Assembly: GCA_963727625.1 (NCBI GenBank)
Contig: CAVSHR010000006.1
Coordinates: 64,001 to 128,000, forward strand
From: an uncultured delta proteobacterium
Lineage (GTDB): Bacteria > Desulfobacterota > Binatia > UBA9968
Direction: 5' to 3'
Length of the DNA stretch: 64,000 bases
Part shown: one piece after another, positions 21,110-32,206 of the stretch
Layout: every line of letters begins with the position of its first letter
Position numbering within the stretch: the stretch's first letter is position 1
Translations under genes and position numbers: made by a program
The notes under the pieces: generated by a model
Seen by the model: the letters and a program-made list of their open reading frames with translations, nothing else
Told to the model about the DNA's origin: nothing
Databases searched by the model: none

Positions 21110-23161
21110 ATGAGCTACGCCATCGCCGTCGATATCGGCGGCACTTTCACTGATTTGGTCGCTTTCGATCACGAATCGCAGAAGGTGATCTATGCGAAAA
21201 GTCCGACGACCTACGACAATCTTGTCGGCGGCATTCTCGACTGCTTCAAGAAGGCCAAAATCAAGCCGGCCGAAGCATCGCTGGTCAATCACGGCACGAC
21301 GTTGGTGATCAATTCCCTGATTCAACGCAAAGGCGCGAAGACCGCGCTGGTGACGAGCAAAGGCTTCCGCGACATTCTGGAAATCGCCCGCGGCAATCGG
21401 CCCGACCCCTTCGATCTTCACTACCAGCGCGATGAACCCTTGATTCCGCGCGAGCTGCGCCTCGAAGTGCCGGAACGGATGGACAGCAAAGGCGAGGTGG
21501 TCACGCCGCTCGATACGCTCGCCCTGAACAAACTTGCCGACGAGATCAAACAACTTGACGTCGATTCGGTCGCGATCTTTTTCATGAATTCCTATATCAA
21601 TTCGGCCCACGAAGAGGTCGCCGCCGAAAAGCTCAAGGAGCTTTTACCCGAGACTTACGTCACCTTCAGTACGGATTTGACCCGCGAGTGGTACGAGTAC
21701 GAGCGTTGCTCGACCGTTGCCGCCAACGCTTACGTCGGGCCTCAGGTGAGCACGTACATTCGCCGGCTGGACAACGATCTCAAGAGCCAAGGCTTCGGCG
21801 GCACGCTTTTCATGATGGGTTCCAACGGCGGCTTGCTGTCCGCCGATCGCACTTGCCGCCAGCCCATCGGTCTGGTTGAGTCCGGCCCCATCGGCGGTTG
21901 CATCGGCGCCAGCGCCTACGCAGAAAAGCTGGGATTCAAAAACGTCATTGCCTTCGACATGGGCGGGACGACCGCAAAGTCCGCGCTGGTCGAGAACGGC
22001 CGCTTCTCGGTCAATTCGGTCTATTACGCCAACGGTTATGTCAAAGGCTTTCCGATCAAGTCGGCGGTCATCGATATCGTCGAAGTCGGCTCCGGCGGCG
22101 GTTCCATCGCGTGGATCGATTCGCAAAACCGTTTACACGTCGGCCCGCAAAGCGCCGGCTCGACGCCGGGCCCGGTTTGCTACGGCCGCGGCGGCACGGA
22201 GCCGACGATTACCGATGCGAATCTGCTACTCGGCCGGCTCAACCCGGGGAATTTCTTGGGCGGCGAAATGAAGCTTGAAGTAGGGGCGGCACAACAGGCG
22301 GTCGCACAAAGAATCGCCACGCCGCTCGGCTATTTGGACGAAAGCGGCATGATTCAGATTGCCGATGGGATCATCTCGATCGCTATCGTGCTCATGGCCG
22401 GCGCCATCCGAAAAATTTCCGTCGAGCACGGTCTCGATCCGCGCGATTTTATTCTTTTCAGCTACGGCGGCGGCGGTCCGCTGCATTCCTGCGCACTGGC
22501 CCATGAGCTGTCGATTCCGACCGTCGTCATTCCACCGGAGCCGGGCAACTTTTCGGCCATCGGCATGCTCCTGGCCGACGCGCGCATCGATTCCTCGAAG
22601 ACCTTCGTCGGCATCCTGAGCGACAAATCCGTGCCGGCGATGGCTGAGGCCTTTACTGCAATGGAAAAAGAAGCCGCGACTGCGCTGGCGGCGGAATTCG
22701 GCACCGGCGATGTATTTTTCGAGCATCACGCCGAAATGAGGTATCGCGGACAAAGGCACAACATCAAAGTGCCGGTGTCGGGGTTAAGTGATGTGGAGCC
22801 AATTCGCGCGGCCTTTGAACGAGACTACAAGCGGCGTTACGGCCACGCCGATGCCAAGGCGCCGGCTGAATTTCAAGCGCTGCATCTGTCCGCTTTCGCG
22901 CGGCTCAAACAGCCGGAAGTTGCGCGTTTGCCGCGCGCCGCAATAAAAAATCAACCCGTGCAGACGCGCCGAATCTATTTCGGCAACGCCGGCGGTTGGG
23001 TGGACGCGCCGATCTATCATCGCGATGTGCTGGAGCCGGGTTTTAGCGCCGCAGGTCCGGCAGTGATCGAAGAATATGGTTCGACGACCGTCGTTTGGCC
23101 CGGGGACCGCTTCGAGATCGGCGTATTGCATGAGATTCGAATTCAGTGTTCCAGCACCTGA
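21110..23161 (+). CDS. Hydantoinase A/oxoprolinase family subunit (ATP-binding)
   Basis: DIGGTFTD, HGTT, ESGP, DMGGTT, GSGGGSIA, GGTEPTITDA. Confidence 0.95.
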   Translation: MSYAIAVDIGGTFTDLVAFDHESQKVIYAKSPTTYDNLVGGILDCFKKAKIKPAEASLVNHGTTLVINSLIQRKGAKTALVTSKGFRDILEIARGNRPDPFDLHYQRDEPLIPRELRLEVPERMDSKGEVVTPLDTLALNKLADEIKQLDVDSVAIFFMNSYINSAHEEVAAEKLKELLPETYVTFSTDLTREWYEYERCSTVAANAYVGPQVSTYIRRLDNDLKSQGFGGTLFMMGSNGGLLSADRTCRQPIGLVESGPIGGCIGASAYAEKLGFKNVIAFDMGGTTAKSALVENGRFSVNSVYYANGYVKGFPIKSAVIDIVEVGSGGGSIAWIDSQNRLHVGPQSAGSTPGPVCYGRGGTEPTITDANLLLGRLNPGNFLGGEMKLEVGAAQQAVAQRIATPLGYLDESGMIQIADGIISIAIVLMAGAIRKISVEHGLDPRDFILFSYGGGGPLHSCALAHELSIPTVVIPPEPGNFSAIGMLLADARIDSSKTFVGILSDKSVPAMAEAFTAMEKEAATALAAEFGTGDVFFEHHAEMRYRGQRHNIKVPVSGLSDVEPIRAAFERDYKRRYGHADAKAPAEFQALHLSAFARLKQPEVARLPRAAIKNQPVQTRRIYFGNAGGWVDAPIYHRDVLEPGFSAAGPAVIEEYGSTTVVWPGDRFEIGVLHEIRIQCSST

Positions 23162-23216
23162 GAACGACAGCGTAACCAAGCAGGGGGGCAAGTTGTCTTG
23201 CTTTTCCCGCTTCGTT

Positions 23217-23313
23217 TCTTCCCCCTTGATGGGGGAAGATTAAGATGGGGGTCCAGCTTCGAAGTAACCCCATTCACCCCCTCTCTAGCTCTCCCCCGTC
23301 GAGGGGGAGAGGG
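23217..23313. repeat. Pair of REP-like GC palindromes
   Basis: TCTTCCCCC-TTGAT-GGGGGAAGA and CTCTCCCCC-GTCGA-GGGGGAGAG. Confidence 0.6.
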
Positions 23314-23358
23314 CCGGGGTTGGGAAATCAAGTCAAGAGAATCACAGTTAAACTAGAC

Positions 23359-25064
23359 ATGAATGAACAAGCCCACCTGGACACCGCCCATGACTTTGTC
23401 GATCCGATCACCCTCGAAGTGATCCGCCACGGCATCGTTTCGATCACCGATCAGATCGACGCGAACATTTCGCGCACGGCTTTCAGTCCGTATATTTACG
23501 AATACAAAGACTTCGCGGTCTGGCTTGGTCGGCGCCGACGGCGAGCTGATCGCCCAGTGCACGGGCGGTATGCCGGTGTTCGTCGCCGATTCTGTCGGCA
23601 TGGCGGTGCGCGATGGATTGGCGGTCTACGGTCGCGAGCGCTTGCACCGCGGCGACGTGATCGTGTGCAATCACGCCGCGATCCAAGGCCAGCATTTGAA
23701 CAACACGGTGATGTACACGCCGATTTATGCTGGGCCGAATCAGGGCACGCTAATCGGTTTTTTCGCCATCAACGTTCATTGGATCGACATCGGCGGGATC
23801 ACGCCGCGCTCCAGCGATATCTTCATGGAGGGCTTGCAGCTGCGCTCGATCAAGCTCTGGTCGAAAGGCGAGCCGATCCAGGAAGTCTACCGCATTATCG
23901 AAAACAACACGCGCTTTCCGATCGAATTGCTCGGTGATATCGCCGCGCAACATGCGGGTTGCTTCCTCGGCCGGGACCTCACCCAAGCGCTGGCTGACAA
24001 GTACGGCGTCGAGATTTTTTTCCGCGCTGTGAAAACCATGCTCGATCAGAGCGAGGCTGCGGCACGGGCCAAGATCCGCGCGATTCCCGATGGCGCATTA
24101 CGGTTACGAAACATTCTTCGATAACGACGGCGAGACGGACGACCCGCTGCCGATCCGCGTGAAAGTGATCATCGCCGGCGATGAGATGACCATCGATTAT
24201 TCCGCAATTGCGGCGCAAGTGCGCGGTTGCATCAACTCCGGCTACTATGGCGGCGGCCGCACCACAGCACGGGTGGCGTTTAAATATTTGGTTGCCAACG
24301 ACGAGCCGGCCAACGAAGGGACGTTTCGGCCGCTAAATTTAATTCTGCCCGAGGGCAAAATTTTGAGCGCCCATCCGACCGCGCCCATGGGCAACTATTC
24401 GCAGCCATTCCCGACGGTGATCGACGCCATAATCAAAGCTTTGGAAAATGCCTTGCCCGAGCGCGTGACAGGCGCACACTTCGGGACGTTTTCCGGCGTG
24501 CGCTTTCGCGGCAAACGCGATAACGGCACGCCATTCGATTGCCACGACAGCGGTCACGGCGGCTGGGGAGCCTGCGCGACCCACGACGGCGCCGGGCCGT
24601 TTCGCACCATGGCGCACGGCGACACGCGCATCATTCCCGTCGAGCTGCAGGAATCGATGTATCCCTATCGGCTCGTCGAGTTCAGCCTGCGTGAAGATTC
24701 CGCAGGCGCGGGGAAGTATCGCGGTGGTTTGGGATTTCGCAAGCGTTACCAGATTCTCGGAGTGTGCGATCTTCAGGCGATGTTCGACCGGGTGAAGTAT
24801 CCGCCCTGGGGCGTGCAAGGCGGCAGGGAAGGCAAATCGGGTCGGATTACTGTCGTCAAAAAATCCGGCGCGACGGAAATTATCTACAAAAGCAAAGCGT
24901 ACCCGCTCGAGCCCGGCGATTCGATCACGGTCGAAACCGGCGGCGGGGGGGGGCTATGGCCCGCCGTCGGAACGACAGCGAAAATTGATCGAGCGCGATT
25001 TGCGGCGCGGATACGTTTCCGCCGAGGCTGCGGCGCGGGATTACGGTTTCAAGGAGCGATTTAG
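23359..25064 (+). CDS. Second hydantoinase B/oxoprolinase subunit (frameshifted; 3' end uncertain)
   Basis: Track ORFs 23245, 23525, 24090, 24985 join into a full paralog of 19262-21010 if single extra bases near 23521, 24097 and the G-run at 24945-24953 are removed. Confidence 0.85.
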
Positions 25065-25271
25065 CGCGGGTTTCTCGGTGCCGGTGCGGCGAGGCAGGCT
25101 TGAGCACGAGACGCCCCTTTTTGTTGCTCAAGGGCGCAGTTGGAATGCGGTTTTACGCCAAACTTGTCGAGCTGATGGTCTGTTATTCTTGGCTAGATTT
25201 GCCCCAACGCTCGCTTGGGAAATCGGTTTGACCGGATTGCCGGGCAACGAGCCGTGCTCAAGCGGCGCCGG

Positions 25272-27554
25272 TCAAGAGGCTTGCGCCGTCGGCAACGGCA
25301 TCCCGAGTTCCATAATCCGCTCCGCGTCGTTGGCATCGATCGCGGGAGAGAATAGAAACCCCTGAGCGAATTCGCAGCCAAGCTCTTTGAGCAGCCTTAA
25401 CTGATCGGGGAGTTCGACGCCTTCGGCGACCACTTGCATGCCGAGAATTTGCGCCAGGGCCACGATCGTACGGACAATTTCATAGGGACGTTTTTTGCCG
25501 CTGTCGTTCAACAAACTGGCGCGCAAACGCCGCACGAAGGAGCGATCGATCTTTAGAACGTCGATGGGAAATCGATGAAGGTAATTGAGCGAAGAAAAAC
25601 CCTTGCCGAAATCATCGAGGCAAAGCTTGACGCGGCGTTTCTTTAGTTGCGCCAGGATGTGAGCTGCCGAACGGGTATTCTCGACGATCGCGCTTTCGGT
25701 TATTTCGAGCCGGAGATACCGAGGGTCCAAGCCGGTTTCGTTGAGCACTTCGTCGATTTCTTCGATCAGATGGCCGTGCGAGAATATTTTGCTGGAGACA
25801 TTGACGCTGATAAAAACATCGTCATTGGCTTCATAGCGATCGCGCCAATCGCGCATCTGCCGGCAGGCCTCGCGAAAAACCCAACTGCTGAGCGGACCGA
25901 CCAGCCCGGTTTCTTCCGCCAGCGGGATGAACTGTGCCGGGGAAATCGCGCCTCGCCCATTGTGCTGCCAGCGCGCCAGGGCTTCGAAGCCGGCAAGTTT
26001 GCCGGTGTTTAGCGAGATGATGGGCTGGTAGTGCAGGTGAAGTTGTTTGCGCTCGATAGCCCGTTTCATATCGATTTCCAATCTCATTCGATCCAACGCG
26101 CGGGCGTGCATCCCGGCATCGAAGATTTGATAGCCGGAGCGCCGCGTCTTGGCCTGATACATCGCCATATCCGCGTCCCGCAGCAAATTTTCCGGCTGTT
26201 CTTCGCCGAACATGCTCAGGGCGATGCCGATGCTCGCGCCCACCGAGACTTCGTTGTCGTCCAAGATCAAGGGATCGGCAATTCGTTCGATGACCCGTTC
26301 CGCGACACGAACGGCGTCCTCCGGGCCGCGGATCTGCTCGACCAGGATCGCGAATTCGTCGTCGCCTAGACGCGCTACGGTATCCTCGTCCCGCGTGCAC
26401 TCGACAATTCTTTGGGCCATCTCGATCAGCAACTTGTCCCCGGTCATATGGCCAAGGCTATCGTTGATGACCTTGAACCGGTCTAAATCCAAGAACAGCA
26501 GGGCGAAGGGATGGTGTCCATGGCGCTTTGCCATCGCATTGAGGCGCAGCAGATTGTCGAGGAAGAGCGTGCGATTAGGCAGGCCGGTCAAGGCGTCGTG
26601 AAACGCCGTCCGTTTCAATTCCGATTCGACTCGTTTGCGTTCGGTGGCGTCGACGACGGAGATCAAGATGCCCTTTCCGTGCGGCGTGTGAATCGGATTC
26701 AAGCTGACCTCGATGGGAAATTCGACGCCGTCGCGGCGCAGGCCGAAAATTTCCGTCGACGATCCACCCATGCTCAAGTCGGGATTGGCAAAGAACATCG
26801 CGCGAAGCCCGGCATGCTGAGCATGAAAGCGCTCGGGCAGCAGCATGTCGATCGAACGGCCGATGAGCTCGCCCCGATGGTAGTGAAAAAGTTGCTCGAT
26901 CTTGGCGTTTACCCGGCTGATGTTGCCGATGGGATCGACGATCAGGATTCCGTTGGGCGCGGATTCCGCCGCAACTTGAAACTGCTCCTGAGCCCAGGCG
27001 CGCTCGCTGATTTCGGATTGGAGTGCGTCGCTCAAGCGGGCGATTTCGGTGGTGCCATCGCGCACCCGAAGCTCCAATTCCCGGTGGGTTCGTTTGAGGG
27101 CTTCGCGGGTCTTTGGGGCCAAGGACAGATCCTCAAGGAAGCAAGTGTAGACCAGTTGGCCTTCAGCGCGCGGTTCGCTGCAAGTGATTTGCACGGGCAA
27201 GATTTGGCCGTCGGAGCAGCGCGCCATGGCGGTTCGCGCTTGTGGTGACATGACCCGCAACGGCCGTCCGTCCGGCGCGGTGATAAAGTCGTCGAGCAAC
27301 TTGCCGACGATGCTCTCCCCTTTGAAGCCGAGCAACTCTTCAACGGCCGGATTGATCGATTCGATCCGGGTCGCCTGGTCCACGGTTAAAATACCGATCG
27401 GCGCGCCAGCCAATAGTGAACGATAACGATTTTGGCTTTCCACGAGCAGGGCCTCCCGCTGATCGGCGGCGTCATCGCTCTTTTTCGAAGCAAGACGGCG
27501 CTGCCCGGCGGGCCTGCCGACACCTGGTTTGATTGTGCGTTTAAATTTCTTCAT
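25272..27554 (-). CDS. PAS-PAS-GGDEF-EAL c-di-GMP signalling protein
   Basis: Two PAS domains, DALTGLPNR, DLDRFK, RLGDDEF, FEALARW, DDFGKGFSSL, KIDRSF, AEGVE. Confidence 0.93.
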   Translation of the reverse strand: MKKFKRTIKPGVGRPAGQRRLASKKSDDAADQREALLVESQNRYRSLLAGAPIGILTVDQATRIESINPAVEELLGFKGESIVGKLLDDFITAPDGRPLRVMSPQARTAMARCSDGQILPVQITCSEPRAEGQLVYTCFLEDLSLAPKTREALKRTHRELELRVRDGTTEIARLSDALQSEISERAWAQEQFQVAAESAPNGILIVDPIGNISRVNAKIEQLFHYHRGELIGRSIDMLLPERFHAQHAGLRAMFFANPDLSMGGSSTEIFGLRRDGVEFPIEVSLNPIHTPHGKGILISVVDATERKRVESELKRTAFHDALTGLPNRTLFLDNLLRLNAMAKRHGHHPFALLFLDLDRFKVINDSLGHMTGDKLLIEMAQRIVECTRDEDTVARLGDDEFAILVEQIRGPEDAVRVAERVIERIADPLILDDNEVSVGASIGIALSMFGEEQPENLLRDADMAMYQAKTRRSGYQIFDAGMHARALDRMRLEIDMKRAIERKQLHLHYQPIISLNTGKLAGFEALARWQHNGRGAISPAQFIPLAEETGLVGPLSSWVFREACRQMRDWRDRYEANDDVFISVNVSSKIFSHGHLIEEIDEVLNETGLDPRYLRLEITESAIVENTRSAAHILAQLKKRRVKLCLDDFGKGFSSLNYLHRFPIDVLKIDRSFVRRLRASLLNDSGKKRPYEIVRTIVALAQILGMQVVAEGVELPDQLRLLKELGCEFAQGFLFSPAIDANDAERIMELGMPLPTAQAS

Positions 27555-28050
27555 CTGAGTTTTAGCTCCGGCATGTTTGGACCCGTTGACCCGGTACGCG
27601 CAGCAACAAGTCCACTTTATCCATTGTTAAAGCGATGATGGCTGCAGAGCTCGTAACGGCCAAATTTGTTGAAGAATGGAACCCATGTGTGAAGCGGGCG
27701 TACCTATCTCATCGGAAATTTTGCAAATCCAGGTCCCGTGCACGGAATTTTTGTCACATTTGCTCAAAAATTTTTGTGCCGGTCAGAAAGTCGTCAATAT
27801 TCGAAGCAACAGAAGTGCCAGCCATGCATGAAATCAAAAACTTTCTGCTCAATTGCGGCGCCGCTTCCGGAATGGGAAAATTCGTCAGAGAATGTTGCCG
27901 GAATGGCGAAATTGCATGTCGACGTACTTAAATATCTAAGAAATCACGGCTCTCGCCGGATCAAGGTCGCCGTCGGCTAGGCAAGGTTAAAGGCAGGACA
28001 ATATTTTCTAGCGTTAGTTTCGGCGGGATGTAGCAGGGGTCCCCGGTTAA

Positions 28051-28086
28051 AAACACGGCTGTGGGTTAAACCCACAAACCGTGTTT
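28051..28086. terminator. Hairpin, possible terminator of coxSML-like operon
   Basis: AAACACGG..GTGGGTT/AACCCAC..CCGTGTTT. Confidence 0.45.
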
Positions 28087-28131
28087 CGCCGAGCGATTTA
28101 GGTATCCTCTTAGAAGTCTATAGGCAGCAGA

Positions 28132-30447
28132 TTAATTCTTTCGTTCCGTTCTTTGAATCACTTCCCAGAGCTTGGGCGCGGTGTAGGGCATATCGATATG
28201 ATCGATGCCTAGAGGCGCCAGCGCGTCGATGAGTGCGTTGGCCACCGACGGAGGAGCTCCGTTGGTGCCGCATTCGCCCACGCCCTTCACGCCGAGCGGA
28301 TTAAACGGATTGGGCGTGATGGTCTCGCCAAGAATCATCGGCGGCATGTCGGCGGCGCGCATCACCGCGTAGTTCATAAACGTGCCGGTTTGCACCTGGC
28401 CGTCGTCGCTGTAAATCATCTGTTCGCGCTGCGCTTCGCCGAGCCCTTGGGCCACGCCGCCGTGGATCTGCCCTTCGACGATCATCGGATTGATCACCAC
28501 GCCGCAGTCGTCTACGAGCACTAACTTTTCGATGGTGAGTTTGCCGGTGTCGCGGTCGATACTGACCATCGCGATATGAGTGCCGAAGCCCCAGGCTTCG
28601 CGCTTAGGGTCGAAAAAAGCGGTTTCCTGAAGACCGATCTCCATGCCCTTGGGGACGCGACCGCCGTACGCGGCGGTGGCGATTTGTCGCCAGCTGATGG
28701 TCTTGTCAGGCACGCCTTTGACGGCGAACCCGCCATCGGATTGAATTATATCTTCCGGCGCCGCCTCGACCAGGTGCGCTGCGATCCGCTTGCCTTTCGA
28801 GATCACTTTTTCGGCCGCAATGGCGAGCGCGCCGCCGCCGACCACAGCACTACGGCTGCCGAAGGTGCCGGTGCCCTGTTGGCTCACGTGAGTGTCGCCG
28901 TGCAAAACCGTCACGTGGTCCATCGATGTCTTCATCAACTCGGCGGCGATTTGCGCCCAGGAGGTTTCATGTCCTTGGCCGTGTGAGCTCGAACCGGTGA
29001 GCACGGTAATCTCGCCGGTGCGCTCGACGCGCACGGTGCCGCTTTCGAAGCCGGCGCCGCCGCTCGGCTCGACGAAAGTCGAAAAACCAACGCCGACCAG
29101 ATCGCCGCTCTTGCGCCGTGCGTCGCGCTGGCTTAGAAGGTCTTCGTAATTGGCCAACTTGAGCGCTTCGCGCAGCGGCTTTTCAAAATCGCCGGAGTCG
29201 TACTCGACGCCGGTGCCGGTGATATACGGAAACTGCCCCGGCTGGATAAAATTCTTGCGGCGGATCTCCAGGCGGTCCATGCCCAGCACCGCGGCGGCTT
29301 TGTCGAGCAGCCGCTCGATATTCAATACCGATTCGGGCCGGCCGGCGCCGCGATAGGGGCCGGTCGGGCAGGTATTGGTAAATACCGCGACGATCTCGAC
29401 GCGGCAGTCTTGGATCTGGTAGCTGCCACAGGCCATGCCGAGCATGCGCTGCGGCGGTCCGGCCGTGCTCGAGTGCAGATAAGCGCCGAGGTTGGCGATC
29501 ACCTTTACTTTCAAGCCGAGGATCTTGCCGTCCTTTCTGAGCGCCATCTCGGACGTCATTGCCTGATCGCGGCCTTGAATCGTCGTGATGAAATCTTCGC
29601 TGCGGGTGGCGATCCATTTGATCGGCTTGCGCAACTTTAGCGCGAGGTGGCAGGCGAGAATGTCTTCCCGATACACCGGCCCCTTGCTGCCGAAGCCGCC
29701 GCCGACGTCGGGCGCGATCAGATGAATTCTGTGTTCCGGAAAACCCATGACGTTGGCGATCTCGGCCCGCGCACGGTGCGGCCCCTGCGTCGAGAGCCAA
29801 ACAGTCAAGTTCTTGCCAAACGGGTCCGGGTTCGCGACGATGCCTCGGGGCTCCATCGCCAGGGCTACTTGCCGCGGGCTGGCGATATGCATGGTGAATA
29901 CATGATCGGCTTCGGCGAATGCTTTATCGACGTTGCCGCCGTTTTTCGTCAGCGTATAGCAAATGTTGCTGTCGATCTCTTCGCGCGCGAGCGGTGCGCC
30001 GGATTTTGCCGCTGCTTCGGCGTTAGCGATCGATGGCAACGCTTCGTACTCGACCTCGATGGCATTGGCGGCATCTTGCGCCTGTGCGCGGGTTTGCGCG
30101 ACCACTGCGGCGACAGGAACCCCAACGCAATGCACGGCGCCGCGGGCCAGCACCGGATGGGGTGGGATTTTCATGTTCGGCAGCATTTGCGACGGTGTGA
30201 GATTGAGTTTGTCACCGATGTCGTTGCCGGTGATGACGGCTTCGACGCCGGGCATGGCCTTGGCTTTGCTCACATCGATGGAAAGAATCTTCGCATGTGG
30301 ATACGGGCTGCGCTGCAGCGCTAAATGAAGCATGCCCGGCAAATGGATATCGTCCACATAGCAACCCTTGCCGGTGATCAACGGCGGATCTTCGACGCGT
30401 TTCGGCGATGCGCCGATGAGGCCGTTTGCTGTGTGTTCAGTCGTCAT
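28132..30447 (-). CDS. Xanthine dehydrogenase family molybdopterin large subunit (CoxL form II-like)
   Basis: RVEDP, DVGGGFGSK, PYRGAGRPE, HGQGHET, EGQIHGG, GVKGVGE. Confidence 0.93.
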   Translation of the reverse strand: MTTEHTANGLIGASPKRVEDPPLITGKGCYVDDIHLPGMLHLALQRSPYPHAKILSIDVSKAKAMPGVEAVITGNDIGDKLNLTPSQMLPNMKIPPHPVLARGAVHCVGVPVAAVVAQTRAQAQDAANAIEVEYEALPSIANAEAAAKSGAPLAREEIDSNICYTLTKNGGNVDKAFAEADHVFTMHIASPRQVALAMEPRGIVANPDPFGKNLTVWLSTQGPHRARAEIANVMGFPEHRIHLIAPDVGGGFGSKGPVYREDILACHLALKLRKPIKWIATRSEDFITTIQGRDQAMTSEMALRKDGKILGLKVKVIANLGAYLHSSTAGPPQRMLGMACGSYQIQDCRVEIVAVFTNTCPTGPYRGAGRPESVLNIERLLDKAAAVLGMDRLEIRRKNFIQPGQFPYITGTGVEYDSGDFEKPLREALKLANYEDLLSQRDARRKSGDLVGVGFSTFVEPSGGAGFESGTVRVERTGEITVLTGSSSHGQGHETSWAQIAAELMKTSMDHVTVLHGDTHVSQQGTGTFGSRSAVVGGGALAIAAEKVISKGKRIAAHLVEAAPEDIIQSDGGFAVKGVPDKTISWRQIATAAYGGRVPKGMEIGLQETAFFDPKREAWGFGTHIAMVSIDRDTGKLTIEKLVLVDDCGVVINPMIVEGQIHGGVAQGLGEAQREQMIYSDDGQVQTGTFMNYAVMRAADMPPMILGETITPNPFNPLGVKGVGECGTNGAPPSVANALIDALAPLGIDHIDMPYTAPKLWEVIQRTERKN

Positions 30448-30465
30448 GAGGTACCTCTTGATAGC

Positions 30466-30531
30466 GTGGTCGTGGTGGTGATTCGTATTCTCCTCTGGTG
30501 ACTCCAGTCACGAGCACGAATCACGAACACG
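30466..30531. repeat. Intergenic 6-mer periodic inverted repeat
   Basis: CGTGGT/CGTGGT/GGTGAT/TCGTAT facing CACGAG/CACGAA/CACGAA/CACGG. Confidence 0.5.
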
Positions 30532-30535
30532 GTTT

Positions 30536-31405
30536 TCAGCCTTTTGCTCTCTCCAATGCCGCTTCAATTGCCTTGCGTGCAAAAACCGTCGCCACATGCT
30601 TTTTGTATTCTGTGCTGGCGTAAGAATCTTCCACCGGGTCGGTTTCTTCGGCGGCTTTTGCCGCTGCCGCGGCGATAATTTGGCTAGTCAACGGCTTACC
30701 GTGAAGCTCAATTTCTGTCGCAATGGCGCGCAAAGGGCCGCTGCCCAGTCCGCCGATGGCCACCCGGGCTGCAGCGCAAGTGCCGGACGCTTGCCGGGTA
30801 ATCAAAGCGCCGGCGCTGACGACGACGTAGCCGGACGCCGGATGGGGCAGTTTGGCGTATGCTGTGCCGGTTCCTGAAGACGGAATCGGCACGCGGATCT
30901 CCCTGAGAATCTCATTGGCATTCAATGCCGTGGTGTAAAAATCGGTAAAGAAATCGTCCACGGCGATGGCGCGCGCGCCGGTGGCGGATTGCGCGATGAA
31001 CGTCGCGTTGAGCGCGGTCAAGATGACCGGCATGTCGGCCGCCGGGTCGGCGTGGGCGACGCTGCCGCCGATGGTGCCGCGATTGCGCACCTGCACGTCG
31101 CCGATGACTGACGCAGCGTCGGCCAATCCCGGCACATGTTTGCGCACGAGTTCCGAGCCGGCGACGTCGGTGTGGACGGTAAGCGCGCCGATGACCAGTT
31201 GATTGCCGTCGATTTTAACACCGCGAAGCCCGGGCACGGTTCCCAGATCGATCAAAGTGCTCGGCGACTGAAGCCGGAGCTTCATTGCGGGGATGAGGCT
31301 GTGACCGCCGGCGAGAAGTTTGCCCTCTTCGCCGTGCTTGGCCATTAGATCCAACGCTTCCTCCACCGAGCGCGCCGCAACGTATCCGAAACTAGCGGGG
31401 AACAT
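30536..31405 (-). CDS. CoxM-like FAD-binding medium subunit
   Basis: MFPASFGY, LLAGGHSLIPAMKLRL, QVRNRGTIGGS, ADPAAD. Confidence 0.93.
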   Translation of the reverse strand: MFPASFGYVAARSVEEALDLMAKHGEEGKLLAGGHSLIPAMKLRLQSPSTLIDLGTVPGLRGVKIDGNQLVIGALTVHTDVAGSELVRKHVPGLADAASVIGDVQVRNRGTIGGSVAHADPAADMPVILTALNATFIAQSATGARAIAVDDFFTDFYTTALNANEILREIRVPIPSSGTGTAYAKLPHPASGYVVVSAGALITRQASGTCAAARVAIGGLGSGPLRAIATEIELHGKPLTSQIIAAAAAKAAEETDPVEDSYASTEYKKHVATVFARKAIEAALERAKG

Positions 31406-31493
31406 TTCGGCCTCCAATCTGAAATAGGGGTGAGGCTTGAGACGTGAGGATCGAGTCGTACATACCATCAATCGCAAAGCTTAGAGCCATCGT

Positions 31494-31994
31494 TCATCCT
31501 TTCCGCATTTTTTCGGCTGCCCATTTCACGGATTCGACGATATTGATGTAGCCGGTGCAGCGGCAGAGGTTTCCCTCGAGGGCGTGTTTGATCTCGTCGT
31601 CCGTAGGATCTGGATTGGTTTCGAGCAAATGGACCGCAGTCATGATCATTCCCGGCGTACAATAGCCGCATTGCAGGCCGTGTTTCTCCTGAAATCCCAT
31701 CTGCACGGGATGAAACGAGTCTCCGTCGGCGAGCCCTTCGATGGTTTTGACTTGTGCGCCGTTGGCTTGCACGGCGAGGACGGTGCAGGATTTAACCGCG
31801 CGGCCGTCGAGATGGACCGTACAGGCGCCGCATTGACTGGTGTCGCAGCCGACATGGGTGCCAGTCAATCCTAATTGCTCACGTAAAAAATAGACCAACA
31901 GAGTGCGCGGCTCGACCACGGCATCGCGCTTGACGCCGTTGACGGTCACGCTGATCGGCACTGCGGCGTACTCGGCCTCAGCAGTTATACTCAA
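31494..31994 (-). CDS. CoxS-like [2Fe-2S] small subunit
   Basis: [29 protein letters not shown]. Confidence 0.95.
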   Translation of the reverse strand: MSITAEAEYAAVPISVTVNGVKRDAVVEPRTLLVYFLREQLGLTGTHVGCDTSQCGACTVHLDGRAVKSCTVLAVQANGAQVKTIEGLADGDSFHPVQMGFQEKHGLQCGYCTPGMIMTAVHLLETNPDPTDDEIKHALEGNLCRCTGYINIVESVKWAAEKMRKG

Positions 31995-32206
31995 GAGTCC
32001 TCCGTTTAACGTTCTGTGGGTTGGTCGCCGGCGAGAAAATCGCCGGATCGCTGGCGCCTATCGTCGACGCTAAGCTGCTGTCTTACACCTGATTAGAGCC
32101 GGTCTCAAGATGCCCGGCGAACTAGGCGCAGCGACCGAGAACGCCTTGACACGCAGAAGCCCTACCGATAAGCAGCTTGCATGGCTCCCCGATCCAAGGA
32201 GTGAGC

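Noticed and set aside
24945-24953. Poly-G phase-variation tract
   Set aside because: Lies in a Gly-rich GGGGGYG motif and the gene has other non-homopolymer insertions, so sequencing error is more likely
27555-28130. Short ORFs or riboswitch upstream of the GGDEF-EAL gene
   Set aside because: No RBS-supported ORF and no recognisable c-di-GMP aptamer motif by eye
28132-30447. Aerobic CO dehydrogenase form I
   Set aside because: Lacks AYxCSFR; has PYRGAGR and no accessory cox genes
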